Assembly (NCBI GenBank): GCA_951406725.2 | Contig: OX597820.1 | Span: forward strand, 109,678,001 to 109,742,000 | Direction: 5' to 3' | Length of the DNA: 64,000 bases | Source: Octopus vulgaris | Lineage: Eukaryota | Position numbers and translations under genes: made by a program | In this document: positions 20,552-33,609 of the stretch, one piece after another | How positions within the stretch are numbered: position 1 is the stretch's first letter | Layout: every line of letters starts with the position of its first letter | Notes under the pieces: model-generated | What the model saw: the letters and a program-made list of their open reading frames with translations, nothing else | Told to the model about the DNA's origin: nothing | Database searches by the model: none

Positions 20552-22385
20552 CGTGTGCATGAGTGTGTGACAGGAAAGTATTTTAGGACGAATATAAGAC
20601 CTATATCGGCGATGTTTCGCTTGTCGTAGCACAGGTTTCCGTCGATTTCCGTAAAAAACTTTTATTTTTTTACATAAGTAATGAGAGCGAAAGAGACTAA
20701 GAGAAAGCGATTGTAAGACGAGGGAAGTTCTTTTGAAGTTACCGTGCATGGGACGCATTGATGTACATGTGTGTGTGTGTGTGTGTGTTTGATGGAGTGT
20801 GGGAGACAGACAGTATGTTGTGTAAGTGAAGTGCTTCTGTTAGTGTGTGTGAAGAGACAGAGAGAGTAATGTGTGAAAGAGAGAGATAACTGAAATTTTT
20901 TACTCGGTTTATGTGTATATGTATGTATGCATGTATGTGTGTGTGTGTGTATGTATGTGTGTGTATGTATGTATGTATGTATGGCCGATTCAGTGTTTAC
21001 ATTTTTTACGGAAATCGACGGAAACGTGTGCTACGACAAGCGAAACATCGCCCCTATATCCAAGTAGCAGAAAGATCGCCCAAAAGTGTATATAGATATT
21101 TAAATGTATTTATATATTCATCTATACACAGATGTATGTATAATGTGTGTGTATATATTTCCATACACGTAACCATTCACTCCGCACAAAGTTTTTTAGG
21201 ACGAAAATAAGATCTAAAGTTATCTCTAAGCAGCACAGAGATCGCCCAAAAGTGTATATAGATATATAAATGTATTTATATATTCATCTATGCACACATG
21301 TATGTATAACGTGTGTGTATATATTTCCATAGAGGTAACCATTCACTCCATACAAAGTTTTTTAGCACGAAAATAAGATCTAAAGTTATCTCTAAGAAAC
21401 AGAAAGATCGCCCAAAAGTGTATATAGATATTTAAATGTATTTATATATTCATCTATACACACATGTATGTATAATGTGCGTGTATATATTTCCATAGAG
21501 GTAACCATTCAATCCATACAAAGTTTTTTAGGACAAAAATATTTATATATAAAAGAAAGGTTGTGTGTCTGTCTACTCCGATTTAGATTCCTAACTACTC
21601 CCACATTTTGCGATGCAGTTTAACCAAAACCGGGTATCTTATAGTCGTGATTCATATCGAGCCCTTCTGGGTATTAGCGCGCGTCTACGATGAGTCTATG
21701 ATTTTACAAATAATTTACCATCATTTTTTTCCATTTTAATGCATATTTTTTAAAATAAACGGAAGTAACTCTCAAACTTCACACCAATATGCGTGCTCAT
21801 ATGCGACGTAATATCACATCAGCAGCATTTCCTCACACCCTCCTTGCATTTGGCGAAGGCAAAATACCAGGGGATGAAAATGGTAATATTGCCATCGATT
21901 CCATTTGTACCATTGTTAAGACGCCTTCTGATCTCAGAGATGCAGTGTTCCCAGATCTACAAGCTAATTATCAGAATATGGATTGGATTGGCAAAAAGGC
22001 TATACTGGCCCCGAGGAATAAAACTGTTCACCATATTAATGATGAAATGCTAAAACTCATTCCTGGGGAAGTCTATGTATATCAGTCTATCGATACAACT
22101 CCTGACCCAGAGGACGTCATCAACTATCCAATAAGGTACTCAATTCCTTTGAGCACCCCGGACTACCACCACACTTTCTCAAACTTAAAGTTGGTGCCCC
22201 TATAATGCTCATCAGAAATTTGGTTCCCCCAAAACAATGCAATGGCACACGTTTGATCGTTAAGTCCTTATCTCCCACCGTAAGCTTATATCAATATTTG
22301 CCTGAATAATCATCATAATTTAGTGCAATCATTAACAGTACTTTCAAGCAATTCAGCCCCGAGCAACGCCGGGCAATTCTGCTAG
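20109..22385 (+). mobile_element. Helitron remnant (possibly two nested), with PIF1-type helicase fragment 21789-22270
   Basis: 5' TC after A; [30 protein letters not shown]; 3' hairpin CCCGAGCAACGCCGGG, then CTAG followed by T. Confidence 0.8.
21065..21540. repeat. Tandem repeat, 166-bp unit, about 3 copies
   Basis: ATCGCCCAAAAGTG at 21075, 21241 and 21407. Confidence 0.9.
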
Positions 22386-22386
22386 T

Positions 22387-24766
22387 ATATAATAAAACAG
22401 ATGTGTGTGTACAGGCCTTTTCTTGTTCCCACTTAAAAATCAATACTTTTCAGCTGATTTCGTTCATGCTGAGCACATACATCATTTATGTTTCAGAGAT
22501 GATTATAGACTCTTCTAATTTTCCACATAATAAGTAATGTCGCCCATAGGGGACGAAAACACCGTCTCATAGGTAAATAACAAATGCCAACGATCATTGC
22601 TTCAAGGGACATTACTCTTGATGATGTAGTTATGCTTCTTTCACTTCGTCTTCTACTACAGTTTTTACAATGCCTATTCACTGCAAACCACTGATATTTG
22701 CACATTAGCACTTCCTTAAGGTAGCCATGCAATTTAAATCAACTTTTAATTATTTTTTAAATGCCTTCAGAAATTAATATTATATATATTCTCTGCTTTC
22801 ACTCATACAAAATTGAGACAGTTATACAGTTTTTACAATGCCCATACACTGCAAACTGCTGATATTTGTACGTTAGCACAGGGCTGTTCTTGCACCTACA
22901 ACTGCAGCTGTCACCACTCTTAACTATGACTTATTCAGTAAGCTATCTTCTCAAGTATGTTGTTAAAGATCAGTTACCGACCTTGATCAGGTTACAGTCA
23001 ACTCTCGCTACTATGCCACCTCGCTACTATGCTACTCTCGCTACTATGCCAGTTTTGTGCGGTCCCGGCCAAATAATAAACAAAAAAATTTTACTATGCC
23101 ACCCTCAACTCTCGCTACTATGCCACTTGTAAACTGAAGCGCACGCAACTTTTCATAATTTTGTACTCCTACATTTTGTACATTTCGTATTTGTAATCTT
23201 GTGGAAAAGTTCAGAAAGTAGCACACAATGTCAGCTCAGAAACGCAAGCGGACTGAGTTTACGCTGAAGGAAAAGAAGGAGATTATCGATGCTGCGAAAA
23301 ACGTTATTATCGGGCCCCTCGTATCATTAGTAATATCTGATACAAGTTACCGCCTCTTGTATTGTCCGACATGTTTCACTCTAGAAGAAATAGCAAAGGA
23401 GGTAATGCATAACGAAGAGCCGGTGGAAAGTGAAGACGACGAGGTAATTGTGGAAGAGGAATACGTTTTGTTTGCAGATGCCCAGAGAGCATGGAGCACT
23501 ATCCGAAAGTTTATGCAGCAGCAGAGCAGCGGAAAACCCAGCATCATGCAGGCGTGTGATAGGGTAGACAACGAAATGAATGAAATCCGCCGAAAGAAGA
23601 TGCGTCAGCCGACAATTTTTGAGAGCTTCGGGATTAACTAAAAGCAATCTGAACTTAATAAACTTGGATGTCTTCTTTTTACCATTGCATTGAACTTCTT
23701 ATTGGCCTTACTTCCTACCCTATGAATTTTTATTCGTATGTTCAGTAAATTTTTGGTTATGTAGTGTTTAGATAACAGACCCTCGGTACTATGCCACTTT
23801 GGCTCAGTCCCGCAGGGTGGCATAGTAGCGAGAGTTGACTGTACACACTTTCCAACAGAATTTCTCACCCCCCAACATCCTCTGTGGTTCCCTCCCCATG
23901 AACTTCACTTAAAAGTCGGTCATCCTCTTAAGCAATCTAAACACACACCACTATGTAATGGAACTCGTCTTGTAAGCAAAAAAATGATGGACCACTTCAT
24001 TGAAGCCCAAATTATCATGGGACACAGCAAAAATGACACTGTTTTTATTCCCCAAATTCCACTAACCCCAACAGACTGCCCCTACCTTATGCAGAAACTT
24101 CAGTTCTCTCCCAAACTCAGCTTCACCATGACAATTAACGAAGCACAAGGTCAGTCACTGAAAGTTGTTGAATTGGACCTTCAAATGGACAGTTCTACGT
24201 CGGTTGTTCCAGAGTTGACCATCCAAACAACTTATTCATATATGCTCCTCTACTGCAATCTTCACATCTACGCCAAACTGTAGCTGTTAGCACTCAGACT
24301 TCCTGCAAGCATTTCGTTTATAATTTGCTTTATTTCCATGATTGTTGTTACCTCACACTCACTGGTTGCTCATAAACATGCTCTGACATTTATTTTTGTA
24401 CATGCCATTATTCTATTTGCGTGTTTGCTATAAATGCTTGCTTTTCTTTATCATACATGACTTTCATTGAAAAAAAACTTGAATGCAGTTGTCAGGCATT
24501 ACAAGTAAAATAACTAGATACTACGAAAGGCTTCAGGTAAGATACAGGATCCCTAATGCCTACTGTAATTGCAGTCTCATTTCATGGACTTGCATTTATT
24601 ACTAACTGCTAAACTTGTGTTCAAAAAAATTTATTCATTACCTAGGTTAATACCATATAATAAAGTGCCAATAAACTGGTAATTATACATTTTATGTTTA
24701 TCAACTTGAAATGACTTCTAACTGCAGGCTAACTTAAACCGTCCAAAGGAAGAGTGCATTTGCTAG
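22387..24766 (+). mobile_element. Second Helitron remnant (helicase C-terminal fragment ~23850-24240)
   Basis: PPHELHLKVG, CNGTRL, VFIPQIPL, LSFTMTINEAQGQSL; ends CTAG followed by T at 24763-24767. Confidence 0.7.
22995..23841 (+). mobile_element. pogo/Tigger-type internally deleted DNA transposon nested in the Helitron
   Basis: TIR CAGTCAACTCTCGCTACTATGCCACC at both ends, TA flanks, subterminal repeats; ORF 23228-23641 begins like a CENP-B N-terminal HTH (KRKRTEFTLKEKKEII) and lacks a DDE domain. Confidence 0.88.
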
Positions 24767-24994
24767 TATGTATATATATGTATATCATCATCATCATCAT
24801 CATCATCGTTTAACGTCCGTTTTCCGCGCTAGCACGGGTTGGACGGTTCGACCGGGGTCTGGGGAGCCAGGGGCTGCCCCAGGCTCCAGTCTGATCTGGC
24901 AGTGTTTCTACAGCTGGATGCCCTTATACATATATATACATATATGTACATACCGACATCTACATGTATATATACATGCATATATAAATATATA

Positions 24995-25486
24995 TACGTA
25001 CAGGACACCACAAGAAGGCGTAAAAATCAACAGAAACGAAAACGGAAAAGCCATTTTGTTACAACATAAGGACAAAGACGTGGAACAAGACGAAACGAAA
25101 ACGGGAAAAACAATTATGTACAGCAGGAAAACGAAGTACAGGACATGCTGCACAAGGAAAAATCCCCTTCATCAGCTGTCGCTAGCAGACATAGCGTGTT
25201 TTGAAGGCAAGACAAGACATGTCTGGTCATGCTAGGCCTTCCTACGAGAGAATTAAAATAAAATAACCTCGTAGAGGGGTAAAACGGACAAGAAAAAGAT
25301 GTAACACAAAAAGGGACGTAACAAAGAACTGCACAAAAAAAAATACAAGAAAAAAATACAAAATTAAAGATACATGTACAAGAAAATACAAAACGAGAAA
25401 TCAAAATAAACAAGAGAACAAACGAAAAAGACGAACGAAGGCCTTTGTTCTGGTGGGGACGAGAAGGCAACTGACGAGCGCTGACA
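24995..25486. repeat. A-rich non-coding interspersed repeat, possibly Penelope-derived
   Basis: Flanked by (TA)n; contains isolated CTGATGA and CTGACGA half-cores; family not established. Confidence 0.35.
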
Positions 25487-25704
25487 TATATATATATATA
25501 TACATATATATATATGTACACTGTATTTTGAAATAATAGCATGAAATTTAATATCAAAAAAATTCCTCATGAAGATATATGTATCTAAAATAATATTGTA
25601 TTAAAAATATATGTAAATATATGAAATATGACAGTTTAAAAGTTTGGTAATTTAATGCATCTATGTATGTATGTATGAATAATGAGAGAAATATTGTTGC
25701 TGTT

Positions 25705-26003
25705 TGTTCCTTCGTGAGCCATGCCTGGCTCATAGGGCCAGTTTCCCAGTTTCTTTGGCATATAGGTTCCCCACCTGGACAGGACGCTGGTCCGTCACAG
25801 GTGAGCTGCAAGATGCAGGAGGAAAGAGTGAGAGAAAGTTGTGGCGAAAGAGTCAGCAGAAGTTTCGCCATTACCTTCTGCCAGAGCCACATGGAGCTTA
25901 GGTGTTTCGCTCATAAACACACACATTGCCTGGTCTGAGAATCGAACCCATGATCCCTCGACCACAAGTCCGCTGCTCTAACCACTAGGCCATGTGCCTC
26001 CAC
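25705..26003 (-). mobile_element. tRNA-derived SINE
   Basis: Minus-strand head GGAGGCACATGGCCTAGTGGTTAGAGC (A box) ... GGTTCGATTC (B box). Confidence 0.8.
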
Positions 26004-26007
26004 AAAT

Positions 26008-26255
26008 GTCCCTTCTCAAGCCATGCCAGGCTCATAAGGTCCAGTTTCCGGGTTTCAGTGGCGTAGAAATTCCCCACCTGAACGGGATGCCGGTCCGTCA
26101 CAGGATTACTCATTTTTGCCAACTGAGTGAACTAGAGCATCGTGAAAATGAAGTGCTTTGCTCAAGAACATAACGCATTGCCTGGTCCAGGAATCGAAAC
26201 CACAACCTTATGATCATGAGTTCAACATCCTAACCACTAATCCACACGCCTCCAC
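26008..26255 (-). mobile_element. Second tRNA-derived SINE, same tail family
   Basis: Head GGAGGCGTGTGGATTAGTGGTTAGG ... GTTTCGATTCC; tail similar to 25705-25800. Confidence 0.78.
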
Positions 26256-26299
26256 GAGAGAAATATAGTATGATAAAATTTATTTAACCAATGGAAATT

Positions 26300-26640
26300 G
26301 TTCTGAAACTTAATAAAACATGCATAGATAATTTATTTTATTATAAGTAAACTACTTACATGTCTGTATTAATATAAGCAATCTTTAAATTAATTAAATC
26401 AGCTAGCTCATTGGGTTACAAGTAATCCATGTTAAAAAATAATCCCTCAACATGTTTCCTATTGACTTTGTGTTCTTGAATCACGTTGCCTGTTTTTTTT
26501 TCCAGAAGATGCAAATTTTTTCTGTGGCAAAGCATGCCAAAACAGTCCACTTTCATTAGCTTTGTACAATTGACCAATTTTGTCTTATACTACTGATGAA
26601 GAATATGTATGTATTCATGATGATTAACAATACGTGTGAC
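26300..26640 (-). mobile_element. Highly degenerate pogo/Tigger transposase fragment
   Basis: Minus-strand translation QLYKANESGLFWHALP resembles the YNADETGLFW motif. Confidence 0.5.
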
Positions 26641-26659
26641 ACCAAAAGAAGATCTTCAT

Positions 26660-28660
26660 ATCATTAGAATAGACTGAGGGAATTCAGAGAGCTGTTACCT
26701 CTGTTGGCAATGAACAATTTCTCTCCTTAAATGAAAGTAAGATTGTATGATGCATGTATACAGACAGCAATTCCACATGGTAGTGAGATGTGGGCTCTGA
26801 ATGCAGAGGACATGCACATATCAGAAAGGGAATGAAGCGATTATGAGATGCAGTTTGGTTTTGTGCCAGGAAGAAGTACCACTGATGTTATAGGAGAAGT
26901 ACCTAGCCAAATATAAACCTTATTACTTGGCTTTTGTTGACATGGAGAAAGCCTTTGACAGGATCACCTGCTCCTTTATCTGATGGTCAATGCGGAAACT
27001 AGAGATAGTTGAGTGGTTGGTGAAAGCTATGTACAAGCAGTCAGTAAGGTGAGGGTTGGCAATGAGTATAGCGAAGAATTCAGGGTACAAGTAGGGATTC
27101 ACCAAGGATCAGTCCTCAGCCCTCTCTTATTCATCATAGTCCTCCAAGCAATAACAGAAGAATTTAAGACAGACTGCCCCTGGGACTCCTTCATGTTGAT
27201 GACCTTGTTCTTATAGATGAATCACAACCAGAACTAGAGAAGAAATTTCAGGTGTGGAAGCAAGGTTTAGAATTAAAGGGCCCTAGAATTAACTAGCAAA
27301 AACCAAAGTCTTGGTAAGTAGGAAAGCAGACAAATACCTTCAGGCAGATGGCCCTGCTTGATCTGTAGAAAAGGCATAAGAAAAAATTGCATAAGATGTA
27401 CCTGGTGCAAGCTATGGACACATAAGAGGTGCAGCAATATCAGAGGTTAACTGGTTAATGAAGGTTAACTGGGAAAATAGTTTTTGTGTGTGGAAGGTGC
27501 ACAGGTACAATAAACACTAAAAATGTACAGAAAATAGACTCCATCAAATAACAAGTAGGTAAGCTAGAGGTAGTTGATAATTTTTGTTATCTAAGTGAGC
27601 AAGTCAGTAGCAGAGGTGGATGTTCCAAGAGAATGAAAATAGGTTGGTCAAAGTTCAGAGAGCACCTACCTTTGCTGGCAACAATGGGATTTTTCCTCAG
27701 TGTGAAAGGCAGACTGTATGATGCCTGTGTGCAAACAGCTATGCCACACAACAGTGAAACATGGCCTGTGACTGCCAAGAACATGTGTAGGCTTGAAAGA
27801 AATGAAGCTAGCATGCTTCACTGGATGTGCAATATCAGTGTGCATGTACGACAGAGTGTAAGTGTCATGAGAGAAAAGTTGGGCATAAGAGGTAGAAAAG
27901 GTGGTGTGCAAGATTGTATGATGCATGTATACAGACAGCAATTCCACATGGTAGTGAAATGTGGGCTCTGAATGCAGAAGACATGCACTGATATGGTCAT
28001 GTGATGCATATGAATGAGGACAGCTGTGCCTATCTATAACTGTTGGGGGAACTTGTGGAAGGGATAGACCCAGGAAGACATGGAACAAGGTGGTGAAGCA
28101 TGATCTTCAAACATTGGGCCTCATGAAGTCAATGACTAGCGACTGAGACCTTTGGCAATATGCTATGCTTGAGAAGACCCATCAAGTCAAGTGAAATCAT
28201 AGTCATGATCAATGACAGTGTCACATAACTGGCACCTGTGCCGGTGGCATGTACAAAGCACCTTTCCAGTGTTGAGCCTCATGGAGACAATGTGGCTGAT
28301 ACTGGTGTCATGTAACTAACACCTGTGCCGGTGGAACGTAAAAAGAACCATTCAAGCTTTGGCCCTCATTAAGGCAATGACAAATGACTGAGTCTTTCGG
28401 CAATATGCTATGCTTAAGTAGAAGACCCATCAAGCCAAGTGAAATTGTAGTCCTGGCAGATACTGGTGTCACACAACTGGCACCATGCTGGTGGCATATG
28501 AAAGCGCCCTTTACACTCCCAGAGTGCTTGGTATTAGGAAGGGCATCCAGCTGCAGAAACAATGCCAAATCAGACAGCCCCTCATCTTACCAGCTCTGAT
28601 CAAACCATCCAATCCATGTCAGCATGGGCAATAGACATGATGATGATGATGATGATGATA
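26660..28660 (+). mobile_element. Degenerate RTE-like LINE 3' portion with (GAT)n tail
   Basis: AFVDMEKAFDR, VGIHQGSVLSPLLF, KIGWSKFRE.LPLL..KGRLYDACV. Confidence 0.8.
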
Positions 28661-30119
28661 ATAATGACAAAGACATGGAACAATCACAGCACTTGGAGCT
28701 TCCCAGTAATCCATGGGCATGAAGTTATTTGATTACACTACCAATCAGTAATCAATGCCTGTCCACCGTTCATTAGGTGTTGTATGAAGAAATCTTCTTC
28801 CTGAATAAGGTTCATGGCCACAGCTGATGAGTGCACAGGCATTGATTACAGACTGGTGATCTTCATACCTTGTGAGTTGCTAGGAAATTCTGAATTCTGT
28901 ATGTGTGTCTTCTGTATTTGTATAATATATCTAGATATACACTGATGTCACAATTTACCATTTTATCTGTGCAGACACTACTCATTAGTATAATGCCAAA
29001 ATGGGTTAAATCATTGAAAATACACAAGAAATGCTAGATTAATTATGTAAATGCACCAAAGGACATTATACTTTGTTACTGGAAATAAATCTTTGAAAAC
29101 TGATAATGTCTATTTACTTTTAATATGTATATATGTGTGAGTCTGCGTGTATATCTGCATATGTATCTGAATGTGTGTGTGTGTATGCGTGTGCGTGCAT
29201 GCGCACACATGTGTATGCATGGACATGTTCCTCCAGTTTTTGTTTTTAGCCTGAAAGAAATAATTCAAATATATTGGTAGATAGAACATTGAACCCGTTT
29301 AGAATATTGGAGATTTGAAGTAATTCTCTGTAAATCAAGAGACCAATACCTTACTTGTTTAATTTACACACACACATGCACACACACACATTTACTGAGA
29401 AAAAGTTAAAGAAGAAAATGGAAGAAAGATTGAATGAAACCAGAAGAGATCCCCACATACACATCTATGTACATCATTTACATGGTAACACTTTTTAATA
29501 CCATGTATAGTCCCTAACAATAACCTCATTCATTACATTTATAAATTGATTTATCCATTATCAGGGATTTCTTTCAAAGGTCACCTCTTTACAGACAATA
29601 TTACTTAAGATAATACTCTTTACTAAAGAAACCTTTCTCCTTCACTTTCTCTTTCCATCTATTATTTTTAACCATTGCTTCCTCAACATCACCTCCACCC
29701 CCAACATCTTTTAAGACACCATGTAGACACACACGCACACATATTTAAATATATCAACTAAAGATGACCATTAACTAATTAGCTATGCTTGTTCAATGGG
29801 AAATCAATAACTGTGAAGTGCTTCTTAACTACATCAGCAAGTATGTTGATGATGATAAGCATTATGTTATTACTAATGGTAGATTATTTCAGAAGTATTA
29901 TTTTTAATGGTTGCTTTCAGTACATAACCAAGCATCACTCTGTGTGTATTGGGTTGAGAAGTGTTTTACTTGGTCTTTGTGATATCTATTGCATTGAGAG
30001 TACTCAACATCATTATGTTTGCAGTGTCTAATAAGTGTATATTACCATTTAAGCTGTGTTTATGGAAGTGTAGGTCTTGGGATGTTGGTTATGTATTTGC
30101 ATAAAAGCACCTTTCATTA

Positions 30120-31110
30120 CAGGGTTTGTTTCTGTTTGCAGGTTGTAAAGTGGCCCAAACTAGAAGAAGAATTAAAAACATAGGTTTTAGACCAAAGAAG
30201 ATTGGAATTTTCAGTATCCACTACAATAATTATGTACCATTCAAGACATACAGCAATGGACAAAGATATCAATGATTTTAAAGGATCAACATCATGGTAC
30301 TCCAGGTATGTAATTAATGCAAGAAAAGAAGTTATTTTTGAACTTTCACAGATAGCAAATATGGACGAGGTCTCTTTGACATTTGATGTGCCAGTAGAAC
30401 CAAGGGTGCTAAAACCGTGACTGTTTAAACATGCAGCCATGAAAAGATACACTACACAGTTGTATTAGCATGCTGCACTGATGGCACAAAACTGCTGCCC
30501 TTTTTTAATTTTTAAAAGGGCATTGCCTAAAGAAAGGATACCCAATAGCATTTATGTTCATATCCACCCAAAAGGTTGGATGGATGAGAGAGGAATGAGA
30601 CAGTGACTTGATAAAGTGTGGTCTAGGCATCCTGGCGGGCTATTACAGAAACCTGCCTTATTAGTTTGGGACCAGTTTCGGGATCATAGAATTGAGTGTG
30701 TTGAGAGGAAACTTGGAGAACTGAAGACCCATTTAGCTGTAATTCCAGGAGGTCTAACCAGCCAGTTACAGCCTTTAGATATTTCAATCAAAAAACCATT
30801 TAAAAGATTCATGTAGGAAGAGTGGGGCAAGTGGATGCAGTCTTTAGATTTTGAAGCGACACCAACAGGAAGAAGGAAGAGACCTACTATTACACAGGTA
30901 TGTGAGTAGGTAAAAAGTTCACGGAATGCTGTAAAAGAAGAGGTAGTTGTGAAATCATTTAAAATGTGGCATTAGTAATGCTCTTGATGGTACCAAAGAC
31001 AATTTATTGTTTGAAGAAGATATTATGGCTCAGGATCCTATTGCAGAAAGTTTCAGTGATGAAGAGAGTACCAGCAATATTGATGGCAACAGTGTGAAAG
31101 ACTAATTGTA
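30120..31110 (+). mobile_element. pogo-type DDE transposase remnant
   Basis: IANMDEVSLTFD, GWMDE, LLVWDQFRDH, IPGGLTSQLQPLDISIKKPFK. Confidence 0.85.
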
Positions 31111-31689
31111 ACTATCTATTGGAATTCATCACATTTATTGTACTTTACTGATTGGTTTGCACCAGTTTTTATCAGTATATTTGCTTTTTGTTTGCATGTA
31201 CCAGGATTCATTCATACCAATGTATATTTCTTTTTTGTTATGGCAAATTTAATTTAGTTTCCTTTAACGGTGAGTGTAAAGCCATATATGATTTCATACT
31301 TTATTCCAGTATACTGTCACAATATTATATTTCATGCCCAGAATCATACAATTTTCCCTGAAAAACCACTTTAGAATATTTTTCAATAAATGTATGATGA
31401 AACATATTAGAATTGTTTTTTTCCACAAAATATCCTTATAAAATAGGGGTGCATCTTATGTGAGGGTGCATCCAATGCATATTTACATTTCTATGCATGT
31501 ATGTGCATACTCATGAAGGCTTTTGGGAACTAAAGGAAATTGAAACTGCAAGTGTAACATTATTTCTCACACTAAGCACAAGGGTTTGCTGCCTCCAGGC
31601 ATGCAACTACAAAAGTAATTTCCTTTTCAGAAGCTGAAAACATCCCTCCAACTTTCTTCCCAGTTCTGCAAGCTCAGAGCTGCCACAAT

Positions 31690-33270
31690 CAACATTGGCA
31701 CAATGAAAGGTAAGTATGGAGAGATAGTTGAAATGCTTGAGTGGAGACATGTATGCTGTGTATAAGAGTTTGATTGAGGTGAGCCTCAGTTAGACTGCTT
31801 TCAGGCAAGAGACATAGATACAAATTTTTCTGAGTAGGCAATAATAACAGTATAGGTGGCATGGGCATTCTACTAGCAGAAAAATGGGTGGATAAAGTGA
31901 TTGAGTTAGTCAGGGTATATGATAGGATTATTAAGTTAAGAATAGCCTTGTTTGATGTAACTATGTCAGTTATCTCTGCATATGCTCCACACACCTGACT
32001 CACATGCTCAGAAGGACTAATTCTACAAATCCTTTCTGAGGACTACCTGAATGATGAAAGACAATGATGTACTCATCATATCAGGGAACTTCAATGGACA
32101 TGTAGGATGACACCTCGATGTACTTCAGCGTGGGCATGGAGGGTATGGCTTTGGCTCCAGAAATGAAGAGGGGACAAGGTTGCTGGAGTTTTGTGATGCT
32201 CATGGCTTACTGGTCTGCAACACAAACTTCAGGAAACCTGCCAACCGTCTGATTACTTATCAATCTAGTGGGTACATCAACCAGATACAGGAACAGGTGT
32301 ATATTCATAAATGCAAAATTTTTCCTGGGGGAATAATGCACAACTCAACATAGGTTAGTGACATCAGACTTAGGGCCAGAAGGATTCAAAGAGACAAGGT
32401 GATATGGAAAAGAAGGGTGTTGATATGTTGATATGACAAGATGATATGGAAAAGAAGGCTCAAGGATTCATCAAATAGACAAAGATTTAAAAATGTTCTT
32501 AATGAAACCTTCCATGAAAAGGAGGAAGAGATAGAGACATATGATATAGAGGACAACTGGAAGTTCAGACGGAACATTCTACTGAGGATGACAAACTAAA
32601 TCTGTGGCTGGAGTAAAGCTTTTGCCAGACCAAGCATGACATAGTAGTGGAACTGTGACATTAGCAGAGCCATAAAAGAGAAGAGACAGGTCTGGAAAGA
32701 ATGGAAAAGAGTGGGTAGAAAAGAATCATATCAGAAAGCTAAAAGGGAAGCTTGACATCAGGTTTACCTGGCTAGGCAGAAGCAGAAAAGAAGAGCTTTG
32801 TCAATGTCCTGCAGCATGAAGATCAGAGGCATGAGGTGTTCTGGATTGTGAGACAGTGTATAAGAGAGAATCAAGATATTGTGGGAGAGAAGCGTGTATG
32901 GATGAATAATGGTATGCTTGCAGTTAGTGATTTAGACAAGAAAGAAGCATGGAAGAGTTATTATGCAACACTGTTGAATGTAGAAAATGAATGGGATAAA
33001 GGGAATCTTCTTGATGTGAACTCCACAGAGGAACCTGCTATCCTAGCAGACAGCTGTATGGTAGATAAGTAAATTAAAGATATGAAAACAAGGAAAGTCC
33101 TTGGTCCATCTGGAATCACTGCTGAGATGATCAAAATACCTGGTAGGATAGGATACAGGTTGGCCATCTGCATAGTTAATCAAGTCCTTCAGAAAGGTGT
33201 AATACCCAGTGACTGGAGTAGTAGCATTCTTGTTAGCTACTACAAGGATAAAGGAGATACCTCAGAATTT
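31690..33270 (+). mobile_element. Degenerate RTE-like LINE 5' portion (APE region to start of RT)
   Basis: ISAYAP, GNFNGHVG, RNEEG..LLEFC, GPSGITAEM. Confidence 0.75.
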
Positions 33271-33609
33271 GCCTGACCATTCAACAACACATAGTCACCA
33301 TCTTGGTGATATGAGGGTCAGGTGAAAAGTTCATAGGCCATTGAAGATGCTCTTATGGAATGTGACCAACTGAAGTTTATTTTTCAACATAGTTCCCCCT
33401 GCAGTGCTTGGATCCCATTGGTGAAGAGGTTTTCATGCTGTTGGTCAAAAAAGTCAGCAACATTAGTGAGGTTAACCAATCTAGATGACAACCTTCACAT
33501 GCATCTTCTAGGAGACTTCAACCTCATTAATGTCAAGTAGCCTTAAGATTGTCTCCTCTGGGATATGTCACTGAATAAGAACAGGGAGGGTTCATGCTTG
33601 ACTTACAAA

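Noticed and set aside
21065-21540. CRISPR-like array
   Set aside because: Whole 166-bp units repeat with no unique spacers; eukaryotic context with no cas genes
25160-25486. Hammerhead cores CTGATGA (minus) and CTGACGA (plus)
   Set aside because: No properly spaced stem II and GAAA could be found
26506-26606. Exon-like segment with strong acceptor and GTATGT donor
   Set aside because: Stops in all three frames; the minus strand resembles a pogo transposase
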